Positions 1-12,984 of a stretch of DNA of 64,000 nt are shown here, piece by piece. The stretch spans positions 2,108,001-2,172,000 of the forward strand of contig OZ024762.1 of the NCBI GenBank assembly GCA_964016885.1, read 5' to 3'. The notes under the pieces were generated by a model. The model was not told the DNA's origin. It saw only the letters and a list, made by a program, of their open reading frames with translations, and did no database searches. The stretch comes from Eledone cirrhosa (taxonomy: Eukaryota). Numbering within the stretch: position 1 is the first letter of the stretch; each line of letters starts with the position of its first letter. The translations under genes were made by a program, and so were the position numbers.

Positions 1-28
1 ATTAAAGTTGAATTGCTTTCTTTTCCAG

Positions 29-246
29 CTTTGGGTTCTGTGAAAAGGTTGCCGTTAGTGGACATAAACCAATCGGACAGTACGGAAATGGCTTCAAGTC
101 TGGTTCCATGCGTCTTGGTCGAGATGCTCTTGTTTTTACCCGGAACCAAAACAGTATGAGTGTCGGTATGTTGTCACAGACTTACCTGGAGGTTGTCAGG
201 GAAGAGACAGTGCTTGTACCCATTGTTACCTGGAAACTTCCACAGA
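29..246 (+). CDS. MORC exon (GHKL ATPase segment)
   Basis: ttttccAG acceptor at 27-28; [37 protein letters not shown]...TWKLPQ; donor GTATCCTTC at 247. Confidence 0.92.
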
Positions 247-2322
247 GTATCCTTCTATTTGAAAGGGGACGGGGGGCAAGGGGTCACATATCATATATTC
301 TGTATGTTGGTGCCATTAAGATCTGTGGTGTGTAGCAGCTAGTTGTATAAATAAATAAAATTACTGTTTATACTTATTTAACCCTTTAACATTTACATTA
401 CTCTATATATACTATTGTATTATCACAGTAAAGGCTTTACCTCACATAACATTTACATTACTCTATATATACTATTGTATTATCACAGTAAAGGCTTTAC
501 CTCACATAATATCTCACATAACATTTACATTACCCTATATATACTATTGTATTTTCACAGTAAAGGCTTTACCTCACATAATACCTCACATGACATTTAC
601 ATTACTCTATATATACTATTGTATTTTCACAGTAAAGACTTTACTTCACATAATATCTCACATGACATTTACATTACCCTATATATACTATTGTATTTTC
701 ACAGTAAAGACTTTACCTCACATAATATCTCACATAACATTTACATTACCCTATATATACTATTGTATTTTCACAGTAAAGGCTTTACCTCACATAATAC
801 CTCACATGACATTTACATTACTCTATATATACTATTGTATTTTCACAGTAAAGGCTTTACCTCACATAATACCTCACATGACATTTACATTACTCTATAT
901 ATACTATTGTATTTTCACAGTAAAGGCTTTACCTCACATAATACCTCACATGACATTTACATTACTCTATATATACTATTGTATTTTCACAGTAAAGGCT
1001 TTACCTCACATAATATCTCACATAACATTTACATTATCCTATATATACTATTGTATTTTCACAGTAAAGACTTTACCTCACATAATATCTCCCATAACAT
1101 TTACATTACTCTATATGTCACCAACAATCATTCTACATGCACTGAAACAACCACTTTACAGAGTGGACTGGGTGCTCACGTCACCAATTACTTATATCCT
1201 TCATCTGTTCATATATTTCCATGTGTTGTTGTTTTGTTCTTCCTTCCTTCCTATGACAGTTTCCTTATCGATTACCCTCAGAAACTCGCTCTGCCAACCA
1301 AGGCAGTCTAAACAACTTAAGAGCAATACTCAAGTACTCCATATTTCGGAAAGAAAACAGTCTTCTAGAAGAACTTGGTACACTTGAGATGCTTAAAACG
1401 GGAACCAAAATAATTATTTACAATTTGAAAAGGTAAAAAAAAAAAAACCCTCCTTTATTTCTCTCTTGCCTGCCTCATATCCTTGGGTCCCCCTTCCTCT
1501 GCTAACTGGCACACATCTATGTATTACAGTCCTCGCCAGTCCCAAATCCTTGTGGTCCCTCACTACATGCCATGGTAATAATGTCTGTTATTTTATGCTG
1601 TTTCAGGGGAAATGATGGCAAGCTCGAACTGGACTTCGAAAGTGATTCTGCTGACATCCGAAATCCAGAGAGTCACGAGTTTGATTACTCTTCTATCAAC
1701 CGTCCTCTCAGCCAGTATTCACCTGAGTACAGGAGATCACTTAGAGTAAGTTACCACACTGTTTAACCCTCCCTCTCTCAGTATTTACCTGGGTACAGGA
1801 GATCACTTACAGTAAGTTACCACAGTTTAACCCTTTAGCATTTAAACCGGCCGTATCCGGCCAGAATTCTCTCACCTCTTTCTGTTCAACTGGTCATAAC
1901 AGGCCACTCATACTGATGTTAAGGTAGTGTTCTCAAAATAAATAATATCAGAATCCATAGATTCAATATTATGTGAGATAATTATATGAGATAAAGTTTT
2001 TACTGTGAAAATATAATTGTAAATATAGAGTAATGTAATTGCTAAAGGGTTAACCCTTCACCTTTCTCCCAGTATTTACCTGGGTACCTGAAATTAATTA
2101 GAGTAAGTTACCACATTATTTAATCCTCTCTCTCTCTTTCCCAGTTTTCACCTGGGTACCTGAGATCACTGTTTAGCCCCCCCCCCCCCCTCTCTCACAA
2201 TATTTACCTGAGTACCTGAGATCACTTCGAGTAAGTTACCACAGTTTAACCCTTCCTCTCTCTCCTTACCGGAGTACCTTGAAAACACACAGCTTTCCTC
2301 TCTCTCTCCTCTCTCTCTCTCT

Positions 2323-2375
<53 letters not shown>

Positions 2376-4540
2376 TATCTCTCGTTTGACACGCCCCCTC
2401 TCTATATATAGATGAGGGTGTGGGACAGGCAGACAGACAGCTAATCTCATTATTATATAGATTATTGTTGTTATTATTGGCAATATCGGTAGAGCGTCAG
2501 GCACCATGCTTTGCAGCATGGAAGTATGGCCCTTTACGTTCTGAGTTCAAATCCCGCCGAGGTTAACTTTACCTTTCATCCTCGATAAAATAAAGTACCA
2601 GTAATACACTGGGTAATTGCTGGCCTTGTGCCAAAAGTAGAAACAATTATCATTATAATTATTATTATTCTCTTTATTACAGGAATACTGTTCCATCCTT
2701 TACCTGAAACCTAGAATGAAGATTATCCTTCGAGGTAAAAAAGTTCAAACGAAACTGATTTCAAAGAGTTTGTCTAGAACAGAAACTGACATCTACAGGC
2801 CAACATGGCTGGTATCCTTCCTAAATTTACAATCATTTCTTTTTAACTCAATCAAACAAGATCCCAGACCTTGTTTGCTTACCAAGTGGGGTGGAACTTG
2901 TCGAATTGGACTAACTAGAGCTAATTATAGGGTGGGATGTCTGGGGACCCCTATCATTAAAACACCAGAGAAACCTCCTATGAGACGCAACCTCATAGGA
3001 GCCCAGTTAAACATAGGTGGGAGCTGCAACAATAACAGTGGAAGCTCCTATCATTAAAACACCTGAGAATCCTATGAAATACAACCTTGTAGGAGATCAA
3101 CTAAACCTACATAGGGGTAAGCTGCAATAACAGTGGAACTCCAGTCTTTAACCCTTTAGCATTTAAACCAGCTGTATCTGGCCAGAATTCTTTCCCCTTT
3201 TTGAAACCAGCCGTAACCAGCAGCTCACACTGATGTTAAGATATTGTTCTTAAAATAAACAATAATATCATCAAAATCTCGTAGACTCGAGATTTTGTGA
3301 GATAAAGCCTTTACCATGAATATACAATAGTAAATATAGAGGAATGTAAATGTTATGTGAGATATTTATATAAAGTAAAGCCTTTACCATGAAAATACAA
3401 TAATAAATACAGAGGAATCTAAATGCTAAAGGGTTAAAACACCAGAGAAACCTATGAGAAGCAGCCTTGTAAGAGATCGTGAAGTGTAACTATAAATTTG
3501 TATCAACCTCAGTACATACAACCCAACCCAGGAATCGAACCCACGATATTACGATCGTAAGTCCAACACCCTTACCAATAGGCTACGTGCCTTCCTTTAC
3601 CCAGTACAACACTACTATATGGAGAGAAGAAGTTCCTTATTTCCTTAGCTCTGATTCCAGCCCAAACCAATTCTTCTTACTTTTGGCTTCAGTCCAAACA
3701 AGAACGAGTTTGATTCCGAGAATTACGGAGTTTTAATGTACCATCGGAACCGATTGATCAAAGCTTACGAGAAAGTTGGTTACCAACGACAGGTAAGTTG
3801 GTACACTTTTCGTTTTCTTTGTAAATCTTGTGAACTTTTTGATCCTTTGTTTTAACCCTTTTGGTACCAAATCACCTGAGATCACCCCCACTCCATCTGG
3901 TTCTGTGATACAAAACTGTTTGAACCCTTTTTTTTTATACCAATCCATCTGAGACCCCCCCCCCCCCGTTTCTATGATATTAAGCTGTTTATGTTAACCT
4001 TTTTGATACTAAACCAACTGACGTAATGGTGGTGGTGTGACGGTGGTGAAGATGATGTTGGTGATAGTGATGATGATGATGTTGATAGTAGTGAGTAGTG
4101 ATGTTGGTGATAGTGATGATGATGATGTTGATAGTAGTGAGTAGTGATGTTGGTGATAGTGATGATGATGATGTTGATAGTAGTGAGTAGTGATGTTGGT
4201 GATAGTGATGATGATGATGTTGATAGTAGTGAGTAGTGATGTTGGTGATAGTGATGATGATGATGTTGATAGTAGTGACAACGATGATGATGTTGATGAT
4301 AGTGACGATAATATTAATGGTAGTGATGATGATGATAGTAGTGGCGATGATGATGATGATATGTTTGTATCTCTCTCTCTCTCTCTCTCTCTCAGGCCAA
4401 TGAACTTGGTGTTGGTGTTGTTGGTGTTGTCGAAGTTGACTTTCTGGATCCCATTCACAACAAACAAGATTTTAAACGGACAGATCGATATAAGTAAGTG
4501 GTGCCTTTATTTTCACGAGATGAGGACAACGTTGTCGTCT

Positions 4541-4585
<45 letters not shown>

Positions 4586-6779
4586 CTCTCTCTATAGAGA
4601 TGAGGGCGACATCATAACTTTCTATCTAGCTACCTCTTTCTGTCACCTTGAAGACACACACACCGTTCCTTTTTCTCTCTCTATCTATGTACACATCTCT
4701 CACTTGGTGCTCCCCCTCCCTATATAAGGTGACCGTGACAGACAGACAGACACTGCTCTTATAATATAGATTTTCTTATTCCTTCATTGGAAAATTAGAG
4801 TTTTCATCATTGTGTTGTTCGCCATTAAATTAAACTGTTGTGTTGTGGTGTTCACTGTTAACCAATTAGAATTTAAACCGGCCGTTTCTGGCCAGAATTC
4901 TCTCATCGCTTTCTGTTCAAACTGGCCACTCATACTGATGTTAAGGTATTGTTCTCAAAAATAGAAAACATCAAAATTTCATAGCTTCGATATTATGTGA
5001 GGTAAAGTCTTTACTGTGAAAATATAATAGTATATATAGAGTAATGTAAATGGTAAAGGATTAAACTAAACTTATATTGATTACCATTAAACTAAACTGT
5101 TATATTGTGTTTCTCCCCATTAAACTAAAATGTTATATTGTGCCAGCCCCCCTTAAACTAAACTGCTATATTGTGTTAGTCCCCAATTAAACCAAACTGT
5201 TATATTGTGTTGTTCCCCATTAAACCAAACTGTTACATTGTGTTGTTCCCCCATTAAACCAAACTGTTACATTGTGTTGTTCCCCCATTAAACCAAACTG
5301 TTATATTGTGTTGTATCTGTTACAGTACGTTTATGACATCACTGGGGACCAAATTGAATGACTACTGGAATGAGAAATGTGGTGCAGGTAACAGTGTAAA
5401 GATCCAGTCAGCCTCTAGTGCCACTGGGTAAGTTGTTTTAGTTGTTGTTGTTGAAGTAACATTTGTTACTGTCTCTCAATTAGACATTTCTTTATTTCTT
5501 TCATTATATAATATTTGTTGCTGCAGATCAACTAAATATTAGGGCAGTAGATTGGCAGAATTGGTAGAGCGTCAGACAATATGCTTCGCTATATCACATC
5601 ACTTATATAAACGTTCATATACTTCATTGTTATATAAGGTTTATATTTCCGTCGCTAATTTTCTCCTTTTTTCGTTTTCATAAAATTATTTCATAACCGG
5701 AAGTATTGACATTTTAAAATTTTAAAAGAAGTGAATCTTGAAATAAGCAATAAAATTATTTATATTTAATCAAGAGTTACGAAATTTAGTAGATAAATTA
5801 TGTAATATTCATTATTTATTTATTCAAAGTAATCCAACTTATTTTACAAACGAGATCAAAAAGTATATTCTGGACGCAGTCCCACACTCCTTACTTTATT
5901 ATATTATATGAATATTAATCACCTTCTGTTTTATTATCGTTGCTGTCTTCTAGAACGCTGTTTCCATCGTATGTATTACAACATATTACTACTACTACTG
6001 CTGCTACTACCGCTTTGTCTGTTGTATTACCACATTGCCTCACATTTGCTGTAGTTTAGTCTGCATGCTTCCCTCACACCCCCTCAACGTTGTTTTGACT
6101 CGACCCCCACACCCTTGTCTTCGCCTGACCTCCCACACCTCAGTCCAGGGATCACTTTTGCTGTAGTTTAGTCACATGCTTCCCTCACTTGTCATCATTT
6201 GACCCCACCCCCTGTCTCCACACCTCAGTCCAGGGACTACAATTTTGCTGTAATTTAGTCGCATGCATCCCACACCCCTGACTTCCCCCAACACCCTGCG
6301 CCCCTGGCCCCTACACCCTTGTCTTCACCTGACACCCCACACTTCAGCCCAGGAACGACATTTACTGTAGTTTAGTCGCATGCTTCCCCCACCCCAGACA
6401 TGCAGCCAACCTGCATGTCTTATTTATCTAGTGTTGTTGTTGTTGTTGTCTCTGTCATGCTGGAATAACAAAAAAAATAACAATAACAATAATAATCTCT
6501 TTATCAGCTGCAGGCCCCCCACCCTCAAGAACATGGATTCTTAATGTTTTTGGTTCCAGGGGCCAGTAAAGAAATCATTATTATTATTAGGGGAGTGGAT
6601 TGGCAGAATCAGTAGAGCATCGAGCAAGCTGCTTTGTGGCATAGAGTTACGTCCCTGTATGTTCTGAGTTCAAATCCCGCCGAGGTTAACTTTGCCTTTC
6701 ATCCTTACAGGGTCAATAAAATAAAGTACCAGTAATGCACTGGGGTAATTGCTGGCCTGGTGCCTAAAGTAGAAACAAT

Positions 6780-6813
<34 letters not shown>

Positions 6814-9800
6814 CTGTTATATAGATATTAGTTATATATACATTGCCGTTATATATATATATATGTATATATAGTGTATTTTTCAATACACTGTATGCTT
6901 AATTAAAAGCATTTCGAAGACCTTACGCTATTGTTTTAGAGTAGTGACAGACTCACTTACTTTAATTTTTCAGCAAAATTAAAGTAAGTGAGTCTGTCAC
7001 TACTCTAAAACAATAGCGTAAGGTCTTCGAAATGCTTTTAATTAAGCATACAGTGTATTGAAAAATACACTATATATACATATATATATATACAGTGTAT
7101 TGCAAAATACACTATATATACATTCATATATATACATTACTGTTATATATACACAGAATATGTTTTGCTTAAACTATTTGATTTGTTTAAATGTTCAGTG
7201 ATTTTGTTGTTCTTTCAATTGCTCTGACATGAACGTATATATGTATATATATATATATATATATACACACGCATATGTATATACACACACACACATATAT
7301 ATATATATACACACACATATATGTATATATATATATACACACACACACATATATATATTATTAGTACAGATTAAAGTTTAAGCAAAGAATTTCTGCTTTC
7401 GCCCTTTTATAGGATCTTCTGAAACTCAGGGTGAAAGCAGGAATTCTTTGCTTAAACTTTAATCTGTACTAATTATAAATATTTACTCTACAGGTTTATA
7501 TATACCTTTTAATTATATATAAACATGGCCTATTGGTAAGGGTGTTTCTCAGATAATATTTCTCCAATTGTTAGATTCCTTGCTATTATATTTTTAACAT
7601 GTTTGGAGACCATGAAGGTATTTAGAGGAGGTCTCTTATATTGTTGTTGCTGTAGTTGTAGTAGTTGCATTTGTTGTTACTGTCGTTGTAATCCAGTGTC
7701 TGGTGTTTACCAGAAGTCCTCAATTATGTTTCAGAGTTGCACCAGAACCTGACTGGTTGTGGGTGCAGTGTGATAACTGCCTGAAATGGCGCCGTCTACC
7801 AACTGGCATTGGTTTCCGAGATTTACCAGAGAAATGGTACTGCCATATGAACCCCGACGCCTCTCATAAGTAAGATATTTCTCCCTCTTTTCTGTTATTT
7901 AACCCTTCCATTACTATATTTCTAAGGAAAGACACTGTCTATGTCTTTAACCCTTCCATTACCATATTTCTAAAGAAAGACACTGTCTATGTCTTTAACC
8001 CTTCCATTACCATATTTCTAAAGAAAGACACTGCTATGTCTTTAACCCTTCCATTACCATATTTCTAAAGAAAGACACTGTCTATGTCTTTAACCGTTCC
8101 ATTACCATATTTCTAATGAAAGACACTGGCTATGTCTTTAACCCTTCCATTACCATATTTCTAAAGAAAGACACTGTCTATGTCTTTAACCCTTCCATTA
8201 CCATATTTCTAATGAAAGACACTGGCTATGTCTTTAACCCTTCCATTACCATATTTCTAATGAAAGACACTGCTATGTCTTTAACCCTTCCATTACCATA
8301 TTTCTAATGAAAGTCACTGTCTATGTCTTTAACCCTTCCATTACCATATTTCTAAAGAAAGACACTGCTATGTCTTTAACTCTTCCATTACCATATTTCT
8401 AAAGAAAGACACTGCTATGTCTTTAACTCTTCCATTACCATATTTCTAATGAAAGACACTGCTATGTCTTTAACCCTTCCATTACCATATTTCTAATGAA
8501 AGACACTGCTATGTCTTTAACCCTTCCATTACCATATTTCTAATGTAAGACACTGTCTATGTCTTTAACCCTTCCATTACCATATTTCTAATGAAAGACA
8601 CTGTCTATGTCTTTAACCCTTCCATTACCATATTTCTAATGAAAGACACTGTCTATGTCTTTAACCCTTCCATTACCATATTTCTAATGTAAGACACTGT
8701 CTATGTCTTTAACCCTTCCATTACCATATTTCTAATGTAAGACACTGGCTATGTCTTTAACCCTTCCATTACCATATTTCTAATGTAAGACACTGGCTAT
8801 GTCTTTAACCCTTCCATTACCATATTTCTAATGAAAGACACTGTCTATGTCTTTAACTCTTCCATTACCATATTTCTAATGAAAGACACTGTCTATGTCT
8901 TTAACCCTTCCATTACCATATTTCTAATGAAAGACACTGCTATGTCTTTAACCCTTTCATTACCATATTTCTAATGAAAGACACTGTCTATGTCTTTAAC
9001 TCTTTCATTACCATATTTCTAATGAAAGACACTGTCTATGTCTTTAACCCTTCCATTACCATATTTCTAATGAAAGACACAGTCTATGTCTTTAACCCTT
9101 CCATTACCATATTTCTAATGAAAGACACTGTCTATGTCTTTAACCCTTCCATTACCATATTTCTAATGAAAGACACTGTCTATGTCTTTAACCCTTCCAT
9201 TACCATATTTCTAATGAAAGACACTGTCTATGTCATTAACCCTTCCATTACCATATTTTTAATGAAAGACACTGTCTATGTCATTAACCCTTCCATTACC
9301 ATATTTCTAATGAAAGACACTGTCTATGTCTTTAACCCTTCCATTACCATATTTCTAATGAAAGACACTGTCTATGTCTTTAACCCTTCCATTACCATAT
9401 TTCTAATGAAAGACACTGTCTATGTCATTAACCCTTTCATTACCATATTTCTAATGTAAGACACTGTCTATGTCATTAACCCTTTCATTACCATATTTCT
9501 AATGTAAGACACTGTCTATGTCATCAACCCTTCCATTACCATATTTCTAATGAAAGACACTGTCTATGTCTTTAACCCTTCCATTACCATATTTCTAATG
9601 TAAGACACTGTCTATGTCATTAACCCTTCCATTACCATATTTCTAATGAAAGACACTGTCTATGTCTTTAACCCTTCCATTACCATATTTCTAATGAAAG
9701 ACACTGTCTATGTCTTTAACCCTTCCATTACCATATTTCTAATGAAAGACACTGTCTATGTCATTAACCCTTCCATTACCATATTTCTAATGAAAGACAC

Positions 9801-12800
9801 TGTCTATGTCTTTAACCCTTCCATTACCATATTTCTAATGAAAGACACTGTCTATGTCATTAACCCTTTCATTACCATATTTCTAAAGAAAGACACTGTC
9901 TATGTCTTTAACCCTTCCATTACCATATTTCTAATGAAAGACACTGTCTATGTCTTTAACCCTTCCATTACCATATTTCTAATGAAAGTCACTGTCTATG
10001 TCATTAACCCTTCCATTACCATATTTCTAATGAAAGACACTGTCTATGTCATTAACCCTTTCATTACCATATTTCTAATGAAAGACACTGTCTATGACAT
10101 TAACCCTTTCATTACCATATTTCTAATGAAAGACACTGTCATTGTGTGTGTTTGCAGTCGCTGTGATGTGGAAGAGGAGCCAGAAGATGAAGATGAAGCC
10201 CTCCGTCGACCCTCCTATGAGAAAACATTCAAAAAAGCCCAGTAAGTATCACTTCTTTAGTTTTTTCCTCTCATTTCTTCCCATCCCCTTTCCCCCTCCG
10301 TAACATGACAGCCTGTCTAACCTCATGACAACCTGTCTAACCTCATGACAGCCTGTCTAACCTCATGACAGCCTGTCTAACATCATGACAACCTGTCTAA
10401 CCTCATGACAGCCTGTCTAACCTCATGACAGCCTGTCTAACCTCATGACAATCTGTCTAATATCATGACAATCTGTCTAACCTCATGACAGCCTGTCTAA
10501 CCTCATGACAGCCTGTCTAACCTCATGACAATCTGTCTAATATCATGACAGCCTGTCTAACCTCATGACAACCTGTCTAACCTCATGACAGCCTGTCTAA
10601 CCTCATGACAGCCTGTCTAACATCATGACAACCTGTCTAACCTCATGACAGCCTGTCTAACCTCATGACAGCCTGTCTAACCTCATGACAATCTGTCTAA
10701 CCTCATGACAGCCTGTCTAACCTCATGACAGCCTGTCTAACCTCATGACAACCTGTCTAACCTCATGACAGCCTGTCTAACCTCATGACAGCCTGTCTAA
10801 CCTCATGACAGCCTGTCTAACCTTATGACAATCTGTCTAATATCATGACAGCCTGTCTAACCTCATGACAGCCTGTCTAACATCATGACAACCTGTCTAA
10901 CCTCATGACAGCCTGTCTAACCTCATGACAATCTGTCTAATATCATGACAGCCTGTCTAACATCATGACAACCTGTCTAACCTCATGACAGCCTGTCTAA
11001 CCTCATGACAGCCTGTCTAACCTCATGACAGCCTGTCTAACCTCATGACAATCTGTCTAATATCATGACAGCCTGTCTAACCTCATGACAGCCTGTCTAA
11101 CATCATGACAACCTGTCTAACCTCATGACAGCCTGTCTAACCTCATGACAGCCTGTCTAACCTCATGACAATCTGTCTAATATCATGACAGCCTGTCTAA
11201 CCTCATGACAGCCTGTCTAACATCATGACAACCTGTCTAACATCATGACAACCTGTCTAACCTCATGACAGCCTGTCTAACATCATGACAACCTGTCTAA
11301 CCTCATGACAGCCTGTCTAATATCATGACAGCCTGTCTAACCTCATGACAACCTGTCTAACCTCATGACAGCCTGTCTAACCTCATGACAGCCTGTCTAA
11401 CCTCATGACAGCCTGTCTAACCTCATGACAATCTGTCTAACCTCATGACAGCCTGTCTAACCTCATGACAGCCTGTCTAACCTCATGACAATCTGTCTAA
11501 CCTCATGACAGCCTGTCTAACCTCATGACAATCTGTCTAACCTCATGACAGCCTGTCTAACCTCATGACAGCCTGTCTAACCTCATGACAACCAGGAAAA
11601 ATAAATGTTAAACTTAGATGGTTTCAATTATGTGTTTTTCAGAGAAATCCAAAGGAAACGAAAACAAATTGAAGAAGTAAGTTTTAGATTGTTTATTTTG
11701 TAGATTAATGTGTTGGTGGTGGTGGAGTGTGGTGGAGTGTGGTAGTGGTAAAGTATGTGGGATGAAGTCTGATGGTGGTGATGTAGTGGTGGTGGTGTGT
11801 GGGATGAGGTCTGGTGATAGGGGTGGTGGTGGTGGCGGTAGTAGAAACATCTCAGCCAATCCATCCATGCCAACGTGACAGAAAACTAAATGAATGAATA
11901 TAAAATGGTGAAATAAAATAAAATTCAAAATGTTATTTTTTTTGTGTGTTTGTTCTCAGTTCCAGAAACAACAAGAAAAAGATTCCCAGTTGGTGGCCAT
12001 GAAGAAAGAACTTGAAAGACGTGATCGTGATATGAGACAGGGTATTGTGGAGGTAAGATGTTGCACATTTTGATTTATTACTGACTAGCTGACCTACCCG
12101 GCTTCACCCAGGTAAACAGATGATAATAGAAATGTAAATAGATAGAAAAGTAAATGACTGTACTGGATGTTTGTCTGCTTTACAATATGAGGCGAGATCG
12201 TGGTGTGTTACAAAAGAATAAACAGTAAAAGAATCTTCCAGATACACCAGATTCTTCGTTTTACAATTCGTGCATAGTATATGAAGATTTCTAAGTGTTT
12301 CCACTCGTGAACAACCTACATATGACAGTCCATGGGTAAAAAGCTATTCTCTTGTATTCAATTCTATAATTTAAAACTCTGAGCCTGAGCTTTATTTAGG
12401 GTCCTAGCAAAACTGGTTCTAAAGGGAACTGAAGTCTTGAGAATTTGAATAGCAGCTCGGTAGAGGAAGGGATGAGAGGAATCTTGGGAATAAATGCCTT
12501 TTCTCCTCGATGATTGCCTCCAGGGATAGTGACCTCGAGGAGATGGTTCATCATCCTCCTGGCTGTAAAGTGTGTGCCATTGCGTAGAAGTAGTGGGTCC
12601 ACGTTTCTTAAAAGGATGATGGAAGTGTGTGTCTTTTATATTATATGTAGATATGTATATAGATATTGTTATACTTTGGGAGGGTCATGTTGCCAATAAG
12701 AAACACACGCACCAGTTGCTTTCACTCCAATTTATTATAAATTAAATTATAAATTTCCGGTTGGTTGGTTGGTTCCACAACCGGACGGCTGTTCATATAT

Positions 12801-12923
12801 TGTCAAAGTTCTTTCGTCACACATTCTGTGACCTCATCAGTGACTGGGAATTCTTTTCTTTGTTTTGTGTCTCTCCTTTGTTCTGTCCTACGTCATCTTG
12901 TTTTTGTGTGTGTTGTATATAGA

Positions 12924-12984
<61 letters not shown>

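Noticed and set aside
415-1387. 298-aa and 265-aa repeat ORFs
   Set aside because: The 69-bp satellite is a multiple of 3 and lies inside a MORC intron; the real exon at 1282 uses another frame.
3525-3591. tRNA-Val(TAC)-like sequence on the minus strand
   Set aside because: A and B boxes are present but the acceptor stem does not pair; it is best read as a SINE head.
7899-11592. CRISPR-like arrays or a repeat protein ([16 protein letters not shown])n
   Set aside because: Head-to-tail units without unique spacers, no cas genes, eukaryotic intron; frameshifts and stops occur within the array.
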